Below, piece after piece: positions 1 to 9,288 of a stretch of DNA of 64,000 nt. Position numbers and translations under genes: made by a program. Positions within the stretch are counted from its first letter, which is position 1. Each line of letters starts with the position of its first letter. Below the pieces are notes generated by a model, which was not told the origin of the DNA, made no database searches, and saw only the letters and a list, made by a program, of their open reading frames with translations. This DNA comes from an uncultured Thermoleophilaceae bacterium (GTDB taxonomy: Bacteria > Actinomycetota > Thermoleophilia > Solirubrobacterales > Thermoleophilaceae): assembly GCA_963789705.1 (NCBI GenBank), contig CAWBLN010000008.1:83474-147473 (forward strand), written 5' to 3'.

Positions 1-204
1 CTCGCACGAGCGGGTGCAGGATGCGCTGCGTCGAGTACACCCGGTCCAGGTAGTTGGACACCTTTCCGCAGAGGAAGCCGACCGTGATCGGGTGGTCGGG
101 GTCGCCGCTGACCTTGGTGGCGCGGCCGTCCTCGACGGTCACGTGCATCGCGCAGGTATCGGGGCAATCGTGCGGGCAGGCGCCGCGCACGAGGCGAGCG
201 GCCA
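1..204 (-). CDS. molybdopterin (bis-MGD) oxidoreductase, N-terminal 4Fe-4S domain; partial (runs off the window) and out of frame with its ATG
   Basis: Reverse-strand translation gives CPHDCPDTCAMHVTVEDGRATKVSGDPDHPITVGFLCGKVSNYLDRVYS, which is the Cys-x2-Cys-x3-Cys Mo/W bis-MGD Fe-S signature. The only ATG (202-204, MAARLVRG) is 1 nt out of frame. The shift lies between 179 and 201, for example at the G-run 179-181. Confidence 0.6.
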
Positions 205-224
205 TGAGGAAATCCTACGCCGCG

Positions 225-827
225 TCAGAGCGCCTGCCGGCCGCGCAAGGCGCGGCCGAGGGTGATCTCGTCGGCGTACTCGAGGTCCGAGCCCACCGGC
301 AGGCCGCTGGCCAGGCGGGTGACGGCGACCTCGGGCGCCTGCTCGCGAACCGCGTCGGCCAGGTACAGGGCGGTCGCCTCGCCGGTCGTGGTGGCGTTGG
401 TGGCGATCACCACCTCACGAACGCCGCCTCCGTTCGATACCCGGCCGAGCAACTCGCGGATGTGCAGGTCCTCCGGGTCGACGCCGTCGATGGGCGAGAG
501 AGCGCCGCCGAGTACGTGGTAGCGGCCGTGGAACTCGCCCGAGCGCTCTATCGGGATCACGTCGCTCGGCTGCTCGACTACGCACAGCGTGGCCGCTTCG
601 CGGCGCTCGTCCTGGCAGATGCGACAGGTGGCCTCGGTGGCGAGGTTGAAGCAGACCTCGCAGTGGCCGACCGTCGCCTTGACCTCGCGGATGGCGTCGG
701 CCAGCGCCAGCGCCTCCTCGTCGGAGGCGCTCAAGATGTGAAACGCGAGCCGCTGCGCGGTGCGCTGCCCGATGCCGGGCAGGCGCGCGAGCTCGGTGAT
801 CAGGCGGTTGACCGGCGCGGCGAACAC
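225..827 (-). CDS. recR: recombination protein RecR
   Basis: 200-aa ORF starting MFAAPVNRLITELARLPGIGQRTAQRLAFHIL, with a Cys4 zinc finger (CEVCFN...CRIC) and a Toprim-like C-terminus. Sits in the conserved dnaX-ybaB-recR order. Confidence 0.95.
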   Translation of the reverse strand: MFAAPVNRLITELARLPGIGQRTAQRLAFHILSASDEEALALADAIREVKATVGHCEVCFNLATEATCRICQDERREAATLCVVEQPSDVIPIERSGEFHGRYHVLGGALSPIDGVDPEDLHIRELLGRVSNGGGVREVVIATNATTTGEATALYLADAVREQAPEVAVTRLASGLPVGSDLEYADEITLGRALRGRQAL

Positions 828-910
828 GAGCCCGCAAGGCTAGCCGCAGCGCCGGGCGATTCCTTACGTCTCCGCAGAACGCCTCGTTGCGCTAGCGTCG
901 CGGCGTCTCG

Positions 911-2029
911 ATGCCCAGCGCGATCGTGATCGGTGCCGGTGTCTTCGGCGCCTCGGCGGCCGACCGGCTCGCCCGCGATGGTTGGGACGTCACGCTGGTC
1001 GACCGCCTCGAGCCGGGTCATCCGCGCTCGGAATCCGGCGGCGAGACCCGGCTCATGCGCTGCTCGCATGGACCCGACGCGTTCTACACCCGATCGGCCC
1101 GTCGCGCCTGGGATCTGTGGCGCGAGCTGGGGGAGGGAGTTCTGGTCGAGCCCGGGGTCGTGTGGTTCGCGCGCGCCGCGAACGGCTGGGAGGCCGAGAG
1201 CGAACGGATTCTGCGCGAGGCCGGCATCCCGGTCGAGGTCCTCGAGCCCCACGCGGCGAGGCGGTTCTTTCCCAGCCTGGCGGTGGACGACCTGGCGTTC
1301 GTCCTGCACGAGCCTGAGGCCGGGGTGCTCAAGGCCTCCCAGGGGGTCAGGGCCCTCGTGCGGCGGGCGAAGGACGCCGGAGCACGCCTGACCCTCGGCT
1401 CGGCACGGCCGGCGGGCCCGGACGCGGAGGTGGCGGGCCGTCGCCTCGAGGCCGACGCGCTGGTGTGGGCCTGCGGAGCCTGGCTCGCGCAGCTGTTCCC
1501 GACGCTCGCGCGGCTTCGGGTGACGTTCCAGCAGCTCTCGCTGTTCGAGGCGCCGCCGGAGTGGAACGGCCCCGGCTGGGTCGACTTCGATGCCGCGACC
1601 TACGGACATGCCCTGATAGAGCCGTTCGGCTTCAAGGCGGCGTCGGACCTCGACGGCCCCGACATCGACCCCGACGAGCGCGCGCTCGAGGCCGGCGAGA
1701 GTGCTGTGGCGGCGGGCCGCAAGTACCTCGCTCACCGCTTCCCCGCCCTGGCCGATGCGCCCGTCGCCAGCGCCCCGGGCTGCCACTACAGCGCCACGGC
1801 CGACGGCCAGTTCATCTTCGCGCCCCACCCCGAGCACGAGCGCACCTGGCTGCTCGGCGGCGGATCGGGGCACGGGTTCAAGCACGGTCCGGCGATGGCC
1901 GAGCACGTGGCGTCGGTGCTGGCGGGCCGGGCCGAGCCCGAGCCGCGCTTCGCGCTGGGCGAGCGAGCGACCGCGCGGAGCCTGCGGACGGCTGGCTTCG
2001 GCGCGGCCGGGCCTGAGCCGCCCGCCTAG
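911..2029 (+). CDS. FAD-dependent oxidoreductase (DAO family; sarcosine/glycine oxidase-like)
   Basis: N-terminal Rossmann motif IVIGAGVFGASAADRLARDGWDVTLVDR and a C-terminal GGGSGHGFKHGP motif typical of the DAO family. Confidence 0.8.
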   Translation: MPSAIVIGAGVFGASAADRLARDGWDVTLVDRLEPGHPRSESGGETRLMRCSHGPDAFYTRSARRAWDLWRELGEGVLVEPGVVWFARAANGWEAESERILREAGIPVEVLEPHAARRFFPSLAVDDLAFVLHEPEAGVLKASQGVRALVRRAKDAGARLTLGSARPAGPDAEVAGRRLEADALVWACGAWLAQLFPTLARLRVTFQQLSLFEAPPEWNGPGWVDFDAATYGHALIEPFGFKAASDLDGPDIDPDERALEAGESAVAAGRKYLAHRFPALADAPVASAPGCHYSATADGQFIFAPHPEHERTWLLGGGSGHGFKHGPAMAEHVASVLAGRAEPEPRFALGERATARSLRTAGFGAAGPEPPA

Positions 2030-2370
2030 AGCCCCGGCAGTCCCAGGCCCCCGAGTCCGCCCGGGCCCGCGAGCCCGCCGGCGGCGGCGTTCATCTTGGA
2101 GGCCGCCAGCTCCTGGGCGGCGCGGATCGCCTCGTTCACGGCGGCTTGGACCATGTCCTGGAGCATGTCGACGTCCTCGGGATCCACCGCCTCGGGGTCG
2201 ATGCTCAGCTCCCTGAGCTCGAGGTCCCCGGAGATCTTCACGGTCACCATGCCGCCACCGGCGCTCGCTTCGACGACCTCGTTCCGCAGCTCCTCCTGAG
2301 CCTTGGCCATGTCGGCCTGCATCTTCTGGACCTGCTTCATCATGTTGCCCAGGTTGGGCTGGCCCGCCAT
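2026..2370 (-). CDS. ybaB: YbaB/EbfC family nucleoid-associated protein
   Basis: 114-aa ORF containing NMMKQVQKMQADMAKAQEEL...GGGMVTVKISGDLELRELSIDPE. Lies between dnaX and recR. Confidence 0.9.
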   Translation of the reverse strand: MAGQPNLGNMMKQVQKMQADMAKAQEELRNEVVEASAGGGMVTVKISGDLELRELSIDPEAVDPEDVDMLQDMVQAAVNEAIRAAQELAASKMNAAAGGLAGPGGLGGLGLPGL

Positions 2371-2372
2371 CG

Positions 2373-4010
2373 CTACTCCCCTTCGGTGTCGAAGACTTCC
2401 TCGGCCGCGAACTCCGCTCGCAGGCGCTCGATCAGCTCCTCCTCGCCCAGCACGGCCGGCCCGTCGCCGCCATCGCTGTCGCGCAGCTCGTAGACCACGT
2501 TGAACGCCTGCCCGCTCAGCCCGCGCAGTGCGCGCTGGACCAGGTCCCGGTTCGCCTCCGCCTTCTTCTTGATGAAGGCGGCGTCGGGTGGGAAGGCGAC
2601 GATCAGGCGATCGCCCTCCAGCGCCAGCGGGCGAGCGGCGCCGAGCGCGGCGCCGAGCATCCCGTTCTCCTCGGTCACCGCTTCGGCCACGGCGGGCCAG
2701 ATGGCTTGCAGCTGCTCCAGCTCGAGCGCGCCGAGCGCCTGCGGAGCCGTTTCGGGCTCGGCCTCCACCGCAACGGCTGCCGAAGCGCCCGCCCTCTGAG
2801 CAGGGGGGCGTTTCGGCGCGACGGGGGTCTCGGCGGCGGTCGCGGGTTCGGCTTCGCCGCCGAGCCTCGCCTCGAGCTGCTCGATACGGAACATCAGCGC
2901 CCCGAGTGAAAGGTCCGCCTGCGGTTGCGTCGCCTTGAGCAGCGCCATCTCCAGCTGGATCCGGGGCTCCGAGCCATCCTTGACGGCCGAGATCGCGCTC
3001 GCGAGCAGGTCTATCGCCCGCAGGATCTCGCCCTGGGAGAAGCGCTCGGCCTGCGCGGCGAGGCGGTCGGTGTGCTCCGCCGTGACCGAGAACGAGTCGG
3101 GCACCTGGCCCAGCGTCTGGACGACGAAGAGATGGCGCAGGTGGGCGGACAGGTCGCGCATGAACTGCGTGAAGTCACGCCCCGAGTCCGACAGGCGCTG
3201 CACGGCCAGCAGCGTCGCGCGTGGATCGTGGTCGGCGAGCGTCTCGGCGGTGTCGAGCACGAGTCCGGCGTCGGCCACCCCGAGGATGTCGAGCACGTCC
3301 TCGAGCTTGACCTGGTTGCCGCCGTAGGTGACGAGCTGCTCGAGCGTGCCGAGCGCGTCGCGAAACGAACCGGTGGCCGCGCGCGCCAGCATCCCGACGG
3401 CCGCGTCGGGCAGCTCGATCTCCTCCTCGGCGGCTACCCGGCGAAGCACTCCGGCGATCTGCTCGAGCGAGGGACGCTGGAAGTCGAAGCGATGGCATCG
3501 GTCGACGATCGTGGCCGGCACCTTGTGCGCTTCGGTCGTGGCCAGGACGAAGACCACGTGCGACGGCGGCTCCTCCAGCGTCTTGAGGAACGCGTTCCAG
3601 GCCGACGGCGAGAGCATGTGGGCCTCGTCGAGGATGTAGACGCGCCTCCCACCCTGCATCGGCGCGAGAGCGACGTTCTCGCGCAGCTCGCGGATGTCGT
3701 CCACCGAGTTGTTGGAGGCGGCGTCCATCTCGACCACGTCGAGCGAGGTACCGGCGAGGATGGCGCGGGCGGCCTCCGACTCCGTGTCGAAGTCGACGCG
3801 CGGACCACCCTCGGCGTTCAGAGCACAGGCGAGCAGCTTGGCCATCGAGGTCTTGCCCGTACCTCGCGACCCGACGAAGAGATAGGCGTGATGGACCTTG
3901 TCGAGCCCGATCGCGTTGCGCAGCGTGCGAACGATGTGCTCTTGGCCCACCACCTCGTCGAAGGTCCTCGGGCGATGGCGACGGTAGAGCGAGAGCATCG
4001 GTCGCCCCAT
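2373..4010 (-). CDS. dnaX: DNA polymerase III subunits gamma/tau
   Basis: LSLYRRHRPRTFDEVVGQEHIVRTLRNAI, Walker A GSRGTGKTS, and VYILDEAHMLS. The listed 911-aa ORF carries a low-complexity N-terminal extension. The real start is the ATG at 4010 (MGRPMLSLY) or at 3998. Confidence 0.9.
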   Translation of the reverse strand: MGRPMLSLYRRHRPRTFDEVVGQEHIVRTLRNAIGLDKVHHAYLFVGSRGTGKTSMAKLLACALNAEGGPRVDFDTESEAARAILAGTSLDVVEMDAASNNSVDDIRELRENVALAPMQGGRRVYILDEAHMLSPSAWNAFLKTLEEPPSHVVFVLATTEAHKVPATIVDRCHRFDFQRPSLEQIAGVLRRVAAEEEIELPDAAVGMLARAATGSFRDALGTLEQLVTYGGNQVKLEDVLDILGVADAGLVLDTAETLADHDPRATLLAVQRLSDSGRDFTQFMRDLSAHLRHLFVVQTLGQVPDSFSVTAEHTDRLAAQAERFSQGEILRAIDLLASAISAVKDGSEPRIQLEMALLKATQPQADLSLGALMFRIEQLEARLGGEAEPATAAETPVAPKRPPAQRAGASAAVAVEAEPETAPQALGALELEQLQAIWPAVAEAVTEENGMLGAALGAARPLALEGDRLIVAFPPDAAFIKKKAEANRDLVQRALRGLSGQAFNVVYELRDSDGGDGPAVLGEEELIERLRAEFAAEEVFDTEGE

Positions 4011-4180
4011 GCTAGTGGTGTGCCCGGCGACGTTGCCGGGATCCTGGCGAGCGAAAATCGAGCCTGGCCAGGACGCAGGGAGCGGCAATAGCAGTGAGCT
4101 ATTGCCGCGACCGAGGACGCAGCCAGGCGAAGATTTGCAGCCGCCAGAAACCGGCGAACGTTGGCGGGCACGCCACTGGC
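4011..4180 (+). ncRNA. unclassified rod-like structured element of about 170 nt (6S-RNA-like architecture, or a palindromic repeat element)
   Basis: 4011-4039 pairs with 4151-4180. Perfect sub-helices: 4044-4049/4142-4147, 4055-4059/4132-4136 and 4062-4068/4122-4128. There is a 13x13 nt purine-rich bubble (4069-4081 / 4109-4121), with both sides containing AGGACGCAG. The apical stem is a perfect 11 bp (4082-4092/4098-4108) with loop AGUGA. Three G-U pairs exist only on the + strand. Confidence 0.35.
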
Positions 4181-4266
4181 CGCGCAGGTGGCGGCCCGGT
4201 GGGAGGACGCCGGACGCGCCCGGCGAACACAGTGATTCCGCGCCCCGCTCCTGCCGCGCGGACCGC

Positions 4267-5772
4267 ATGGACTCCCACGAAGAGACGAGCGAGAGGTTCT
4301 CGGGCATCGGTCCCCAGACGGCGGCCGCTCGCGGAGGCGCCCGCACTGCTCCGGAGAGCGAGCCGCAGCCCCAGCCCGAGCCGGAGCCCAAGCCCGGGGA
4401 GATCAGTGTGCGCCGGCTCGCCGAGCCTCCGGCACCGACCGATGCTCCTCCGGCACCGACCGAGGCTCCTCCGGCACCGACCCGCGAGCGGGTGTCCGCC
4501 CTTCTGGCGCTCGGCTCGGCAATCGGGGTCGTCGCATTTGTGGTCGCGTCGCTCACGCAGTCGGGCGCGGCCACGCCGGGGGCGACCTTCGAGGCAACCC
4601 CGGCGAGCCGGGCAGTGGCTCCCGGCGGCCGGATCGTGCTAACGGGCTCGGAGGCGCCGGAATCCACCCCGCTGGTGCTCGAAACACGGTCGCGGGGCAC
4701 GGGCTGGCGGCCGGCCGGGCGCGCGACCTCAGACGACGGCGGAGGGTTCCGTCTCGAGGGCCGCGTCGTCGGCCGCCCCGGACCGATCGCGGTGCGCGCC
4801 CGCGCTCCGGGACTGGCCGTGGCGGCGCCCGTGCGTGTGATGGTGCGCCCGCTTCGACTCGCCTCGGTCGGCGACATCAACCTCGGCGACATACCCGGGG
4901 CGGCCATTGCCGCGAACGGTCCGCGCTGGCCCTGGGAGAGCGCCGGCCGGTGGCTGCGAAGCGCGGACATCGCGTTCGGCAACCTCGAAAGCGCGGTCTC
5001 CACGCGAGGCACGCCGTTTCCGAAGCAGTTCAACTTCCGCGGGACGCCGGCGGCCCTGGCCGGGCTTAGGCGGCACTCGGGAATCGACGTTCTCAATCTC
5101 GCCAACAACCACGTGGGCGACTACGGGCCGCAGGCCACCCTCGACACCGTCCGCGGCGTCGAGCGCCTGGGGATGAAGGCGGTCGGCGCCGGGCCCGAGC
5201 TACGGCGCGCGCTGGCACCCCAGGTGGTCGAGCGGATGGGCCTGCGCGTGGCGTTCGTCGGCTTCTCGAACATCGCGCCCGTCGAGTTCGCGGCCACCGA
5301 GAGTGGTCCGGGGACCGCCTGGGCGACACCCGAGTCGATCGCCTCGGCGGTGCGGGCGGCCCGCCGGCAAGCCGACATCGTGGTGGCGACCTTCCACTGG
5401 GGGATCGAGAAGCAGACGCTGGAGAGCGCCGATCAGCGGGCGCTCGCCGACGTCGCCGTCAGCGCCGGGGCTCAGCTCGTGATCGGGGCTCACCCGCACA
5501 CTCTCCAGCCTGTACGCCGCCAGGGAGCGGCCCTGGTCGCCTACTCGCTCGGCAACTTCGTCTTCGGCGCCTACTCCAGCGACACGTCGACCACCGGGAT
5601 CCTCGAGGTCCACCTGACCGCGGAGGGAGCGACGGCCGCCCGCTGGCGCGCCGGCGAGATCGCCGATGGCCGGCCGCTGTTCCACGGCGCGCGTCCACGC
5701 CGCCTCCCGATGGGCGACGACCTGACGATGGAGACTGGCGTGAACCTGGCCGGTCCGATGTCGCCCCTCTAG
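4267..5772 (+). CDS. CapA-family (poly-gamma-glutamate synthesis / metallophosphatase-like) protein with an N-terminal membrane anchor
   Basis: The C-terminal two thirds carry SVGDINLGD, FGNLESAVS, NLANNHVGDYG, FHWGIE, GAHPHTLQP and SLGNFVFG. The N-terminus has a Pro-rich repeat and the TM segment ALLALGSAIGVVAFVVASL. ATG at 4267 was chosen; the listed ORF start at 4009 overlaps dnaX. Confidence 0.75.
   Translation: MDSHEETSERFSGIGPQTAAARGGARTAPESEPQPQPEPEPKPGEISVRRLAEPPAPTDAPPAPTEAPPAPTRERVSALLALGSAIGVVAFVVASLTQSGAATPGATFEATPASRAVAPGGRIVLTGSEAPESTPLVLETRSRGTGWRPAGRATSDDGGGFRLEGRVVGRPGPIAVRARAPGLAVAAPVRVMVRPLRLASVGDINLGDIPGAAIAANGPRWPWESAGRWLRSADIAFGNLESAVSTRGTPFPKQFNFRGTPAALAGLRRHSGIDVLNLANNHVGDYGPQATLDTVRGVERLGMKAVGAGPELRRALAPQVVERMGLRVAFVGFSNIAPVEFAATESGPGTAWATPESIASAVRAARRQADIVVATFHWGIEKQTLESADQRALADVAVSAGAQLVIGAHPHTLQPVRRQGAALVAYSLGNFVFGAYSSDTSTTGILEVHLTAEGATAARWRAGEIADGRPLFHGARPRRLPMGDDLTMETGVNLAGPMSPL
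4426..4482 (+). repeat. 21-bp tandem repeat, about 2.7 copies, in frame inside the CapA-like gene
   Basis: cctccggcaccgaccgatgct / cctccggcaccgaccgaggct / cctccggcaccgacc, encoding PPAPTDA / PPAPTEA / PPAPT. Confidence 0.85.
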
Positions 5773-6260
5773 CTACTCGACGTCCTGGTCGTCGAGCGCC
5801 TCGAGCGCGACCCCGCGCTGCGGGACTTGGCGGCCGAGCGCGCGCTGCGTGACTTGGCGGCCGTCGTGCCCGAACCGGATCTCGAGGCCGCGCTCGTGCG
5901 CGACTTCGAGGCCGAGGCGCCCGAACGGGTTCCCTGCGCCCGCGTTCGTGCCGCCTTGCGCGCCGCCGCCGAGCGGCCGGCAGCGTCTTGGCTGCGTGTG
6001 CGCGCCGCTTTGCGCGCGGCCGTCTTGCGAGTGCCCTTCTCGGTGTGGCCCTTCAGCTCTTCGACGAGCCCCTCAAGGCGGTCTACCGCGTCGCGCAAGG
6101 GCTTTGGCGCCTGCTTGCCGTCAGACACGTGAGCCGGCAGCTCCGAGAGGTCGCGGGCGACGCTCTTGCGAATCCCGTGATCGCGCATCTTGCCGTACAG
6201 CTTCTTATCCCTCTTCGTCTTGGCCATGGCGAAGAGCTTACCCGCGCTCGGCTTGCTCAA
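5769..6260 (-). CDS. hypothetical small basic protein with an Ala/Arg/Ser-rich repetitive tail
   Basis: 163-aa ORF: AKTKRDKKLYGKMRDHGIRKSVARDLSELP followed by AARKAARTRSQ / AARKAARTRAQ repeats and a Ser/Arg tail. Third codon positions are GC-rich. An alternative ATG start is at 6227. The gene abuts the 3' end of the E1 gene. Confidence 0.55.
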   Translation of the reverse strand: MSKPSAGKLFAMAKTKRDKKLYGKMRDHGIRKSVARDLSELPAHVSDGKQAPKPLRDAVDRLEGLVEELKGHTEKGTRKTAARKAARTRSQDAAGRSAAARKAARTRAQGTRSGASASKSRTSAASRSGSGTTAAKSRSARSAAKSRSAGSRSRRSTTRTSSS

Positions 6261-8559
6261 TCGAGCAGGTCGAGCGCAGCCCCCACGATCGTCTCCACGT
6301 CGATCTCGTGGTCCTGGTAGACCTCGGCCAGCTCGCCGGACTGTCCGAAACGGGTCACTCCCAGCGGGGTAAGCGGCGTCGCGTTCACGGCGGCGAGAAA
6401 GGCCAGGGCATGTGGATCGCCGTCGAGCACGGTCACGATCGGCGCGGCCCGGTCGGATGGAAACAGCTCGCGGAGGATGGCGTCGCTGCCATCGCCGAGG
6501 CCGGCGCGGGCACGCACGGCCCGAAAGAGGAGGTCGGCGCTAGTGAGGCAGATTGCGTCGACCCCGTCGCCTAGCACGTCCGCCGCACCCAGGAGCTCGG
6601 GAACCACCGCGCCCATGCCCACCAGCGTCACCCGCGGACTGCCGGCCGCGCGGCGCAACGGGTAGCCGCCCGCGAGCACGAGCTCCCGGTCGGCTCTCGC
6701 CCGCCAGCGACTGGTCCACGGGTCGCGTCGAGAGGCGGAAGTAGGCCGACTCGCCGCCGGGGCGGCCCAGTCGCGAGAGGGCGTGCAGCAGCGTCCACTC
6801 GAGGTCCTGCCCGAAGGCCGGCTCCCAGGCCGTGCAGCCCGGCTGGGCGATGCCGATCGAGGGCGTCACGATGGACTGGTGAGCGCCTCCCTCCGGCGCC
6901 AGCGACACGCCGCTCGGCGTGCCCACCAGGATGGACTGTCCGCCGGCGTACATGCCGAAGGACCAGGGTTCGAGCGCGCGCCCCACGAACGGGTCGTAGA
7001 TCGTCCCGATGGGCAGGAGGGGCTGGCCATAGCGGCTCCAGGAGGCGCCCAGCTCGCCGAGCAGCCCTACCAGGTTGGTCTCCGCGATGCCCAGCTCGAT
7101 GTGCTGTCCGCGCGTGGACTCGTGCCAGTGCACGAGCGTCTGACGGTCGTCCTCGAACCAATCCCGCCGCTCGCCCACCGACCAGATCCTCCCCTTGTTG
7201 ATCCACCCGCCCAGGTTGGTCGAAGAGGCGACGTCGGGGCTGACCGTGACCACCCGCTGCGCCACCTCGGGCTCGTCGTGCACCAGATCGACGAAGAAGC
7301 GTCCGAACGCCTGCTGGGTCGACTCTTCGCCGCGGTGCTTTCGCCCCAGGCCCACCGGGACGGCCGGCGGGGTCACCGGCTCGGGCTCGTCGCGGGCCAG
7401 AGCGGCGGCAGCCGCGGCACACAGCTCGGCCTCGGGGCCGGCGGGGTCGAACGCCGCCCAGGGATCGTCGGCGTCGGCGTCAAGCGCCTCGGCGAGCTCG
7501 AGCATCTGCTCGCGCGTGAGCAGGGCGGAGTGGTTCTCCGGATGGCCCTCGATGGGCAGCGACCACCCCTTGATCGTGTAGGCGAACACGACCGTGGGCC
7601 GGTCGGAGTCCACGGCCCGGTAGGCCTCGATCAGCTTCGCCGGGTCGTGGCCGCCGAGGTCCCGCAGGGCGGCGCGCAGCTCCTTGTCGTCGAGCTTCCT
7701 GACCAGCCCGGCGAGGCTGCGGGCCCCCGCCGGCAGCCGGTCGCGCAGCTCCTGGGGTGTCGCGCGCAGCAGCCGCTGGTACTCCTCGTTCGGGCATCTC
7801 GTCGATGCGCCGGCGCAGCGCCGCTCCCCCCTGCCGCTCGAACAGCGCCTCGAGCCGCGTCCCGTACTTGACCGAGATGGTCTGCCAGCCCGCCGCCTCG
7901 AACATGTTTGCCCAGCGCCCGAATGCGATGTCGGGCACCACCCGGTCGAGCGACTGGCGATTGAGGTCGACGACCCAGAGCACCTCGCCGAGCTTGGCTA
8001 CGCTCGGATCGGCGACCGCCTCCCAGACCGCACCCTCGTCGAGCTCGGCATCGCCCACGAGCGCGATCTGCCGGCCCATCGGAGGCGCCTCGAGGCGGTG
8101 CGTCTCGAGGTAGCGGCGCGTGATCGCGCCCCAGATGGGGGCGGTGGCACCGATGCCGACCGAGCCGGTCGAGTAGTCCACCGGGTCGGGGTCCTTGGTG
8201 CGACTCGGATAGCTCTGCAATCCGCCGAAGGCGCGCAGTGTCTCCAGGTAGGGCCGGTCGAGGTGACCGAGCAGGTAATTGATCGCGTGCAGGACGGGCG
8301 AGGCATGCGGCTTGACCGAGACGCGATCCTCCGCCCGCAGCTCGGAGAACCAGAGCGCACACATGAGGCTCACCATCGAGGCGCTCGAGGCCTGATGACC
8401 TCCGACCTTGACCCCGCTGTGGTTCTCGCGGACCCGGTTCGCGTGGTGCACGATCGCCGTCGCCAGCCACAGCACACGCCGCTCGATCGATCTCAGGGTG
8501 GCGAGGTCGGGCGTGCCGGGCGGCTGCGACGGCGAGGTGGCGGTCGTTGAACCACTCAT
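6257..8559 (-). pseudogene. aceE: AceE-type (homodimeric) 2-oxoacid dehydrogenase E1 / transketolase-like protein, split across three frames by two 1-nt shifts
   Basis: Three collinear ORF pieces (8559-7480, 7613-6540, 6679-6257) read as one E1: ...VGGHQASSASMVSL...GDAELDEG...RRIDEMP | NEEYQRLL...DSDRPTVVFAYTIKGW...YFRLSTRPVDQSLA... | ELVLAGGYPLRR...TRFGQSGE. The shifts are at G-run 7792-7794 and C-run 6685-6687. Confidence 0.8.
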
Positions 8560-8659
8560 CTAAGGCGATCCTCCCACCCCTCCGGCCATGGGTGGGAAAG
8601 CGGACCGTGCACCCCTCCTCGAAGCCGGTCCTCGGGCGTGCCCGCCGGTCGTCGGCTCC

Positions 8660-8756
8660 GGCCAGGCTGATCCGCGGCGCACGAGCGGTATCGCTTAAGG
8701 CTGCTTCCTCCCGGATCTGACCTGGTTCGCGAGCGCTCGCCGCGCGGGACCCGGCC
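8660..8756 (-). ncRNA. ffs: signal recognition particle RNA (small bacterial 4.5S type)
   Basis: The minus strand reads GGCCGGG...GAACCAGGUCAGAUCCGGGAGGAAGCAGCCUUAAGCG...CCUGGCC. This matches the domain IV core CCAGGUCAGGUCCGGAAGGAAGCAGCC of E. coli 4.5S RNA as I recall it, with a GGGA (GNRA) tetraloop. The 5' GGCCGGG pairs with the 3' CCUGGCC. End coordinates are approximate. Confidence 0.85.
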
Positions 8757-8901
8757 ATCTACGCCTCTGTCCGGCGTACTGACCCCGAGAGCCGAAGCCC
8801 CTCGAACGGGAATTCAGCCCCACTAGAGCGGATTGTGGGTGACAGGGCACCGCTACCTCCCCGCCTAGCACGGTCCTCGACACAGCATAGAGTGCCGAGA
8901 C

Positions 8902-9288
8902 ATGTCCCACCGCCAAGCCGTCTCCACCGACTCAGCCCCCGCCGCCATCGGCCCCTATTCGCAGGCGATGCGCACCGGCAACCTGCTGTTCTGCTCGGGA
9001 CAGGTCCCGCTCGAGCCCTCCACCGGTGAGTTGGTGAAGGAGGACATCGAGGGCCAGGCGCGCCGCTGCCTCGAGAACCTGACCGCGGTTTGCGAGGCGG
9101 CCGGTGCCTCGCTGGCCGACGCGGTCCGCTGCACGGTCTACCTGACCGACATGGGCGACTTCGCGCGGGTGAACGAGGCCTACGGTCGGTTCTTCGAGGG
9201 CGAGGAGCCACCGGCTCGGGTGGCGGTGGCGGTGGCGGGCCTGCCCAAGGGCGCGGACGTGGAGATCGACGCGATCGTCGCTCTCTAG
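8902..9288 (+). CDS. ridA: RidA/YjgF family reactive-intermediate deaminase
   Basis: 128 aa with APAAIGPYSQAMRTGNLLFCSGQVPL...ARVAVAVAGLPKGADVEIDAIV. Confidence 0.9.
   Translation: MSHRQAVSTDSAPAAIGPYSQAMRTGNLLFCSGQVPLEPSTGELVKEDIEGQARRCLENLTAVCEAAGASLADAVRCTVYLTDMGDFARVNEAYGRFFEGEEPPARVAVAVAGLPKGADVEIDAIVAL

Noticed and set aside
4011-4180. SRP RNA at the usual position upstream of dnaX. The region contains CCAGGACGCAGGGAGC and GGACGCAGCC, which superficially resemble domain IV.
   Set aside because: There is no GNRA-closed helix 8 with the AGCA/GGAA pattern on either strand. An unambiguous SRP RNA core is present at 8660-8756 instead.
4300-4500. CRISPR-like or other non-coding repeat arrays. 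Short periodic repeats occur here and at 5940-6010.
   Set aside because: The repeats are in frame within coding sequence (PPAPT and AARKAARTR peptide repeats), have no spacer structure, and number only 2-3 units. No CRISPR array, cas gene, transposase or integrase was seen anywhere in the window.
2373-5108. A 911-aa ORF suggesting a giant DnaX with a 360-aa N-terminal extension.
   Set aside because: The extension is low-complexity Ala/Arg/Gly/Ser sequence and overlaps the opposite-strand CapA-like gene and the structured element. Conserved DnaX sequence begins at MLSLYRRHRP (3998/4010). Long stop-free frames are expected in DNA this GC-rich.
8700-8730. A TPP-riboswitch-like string (AACC.G.UCAGAUCCGG) upstream of the thiamine-dependent E1 gene.
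   Set aside because: Read in full, it is the SRP domain IV sequence CCAGGUCAGAUCCGGGAGGAAGCAGCC. No CUGAGA box or other TPP aptamer elements were seen.
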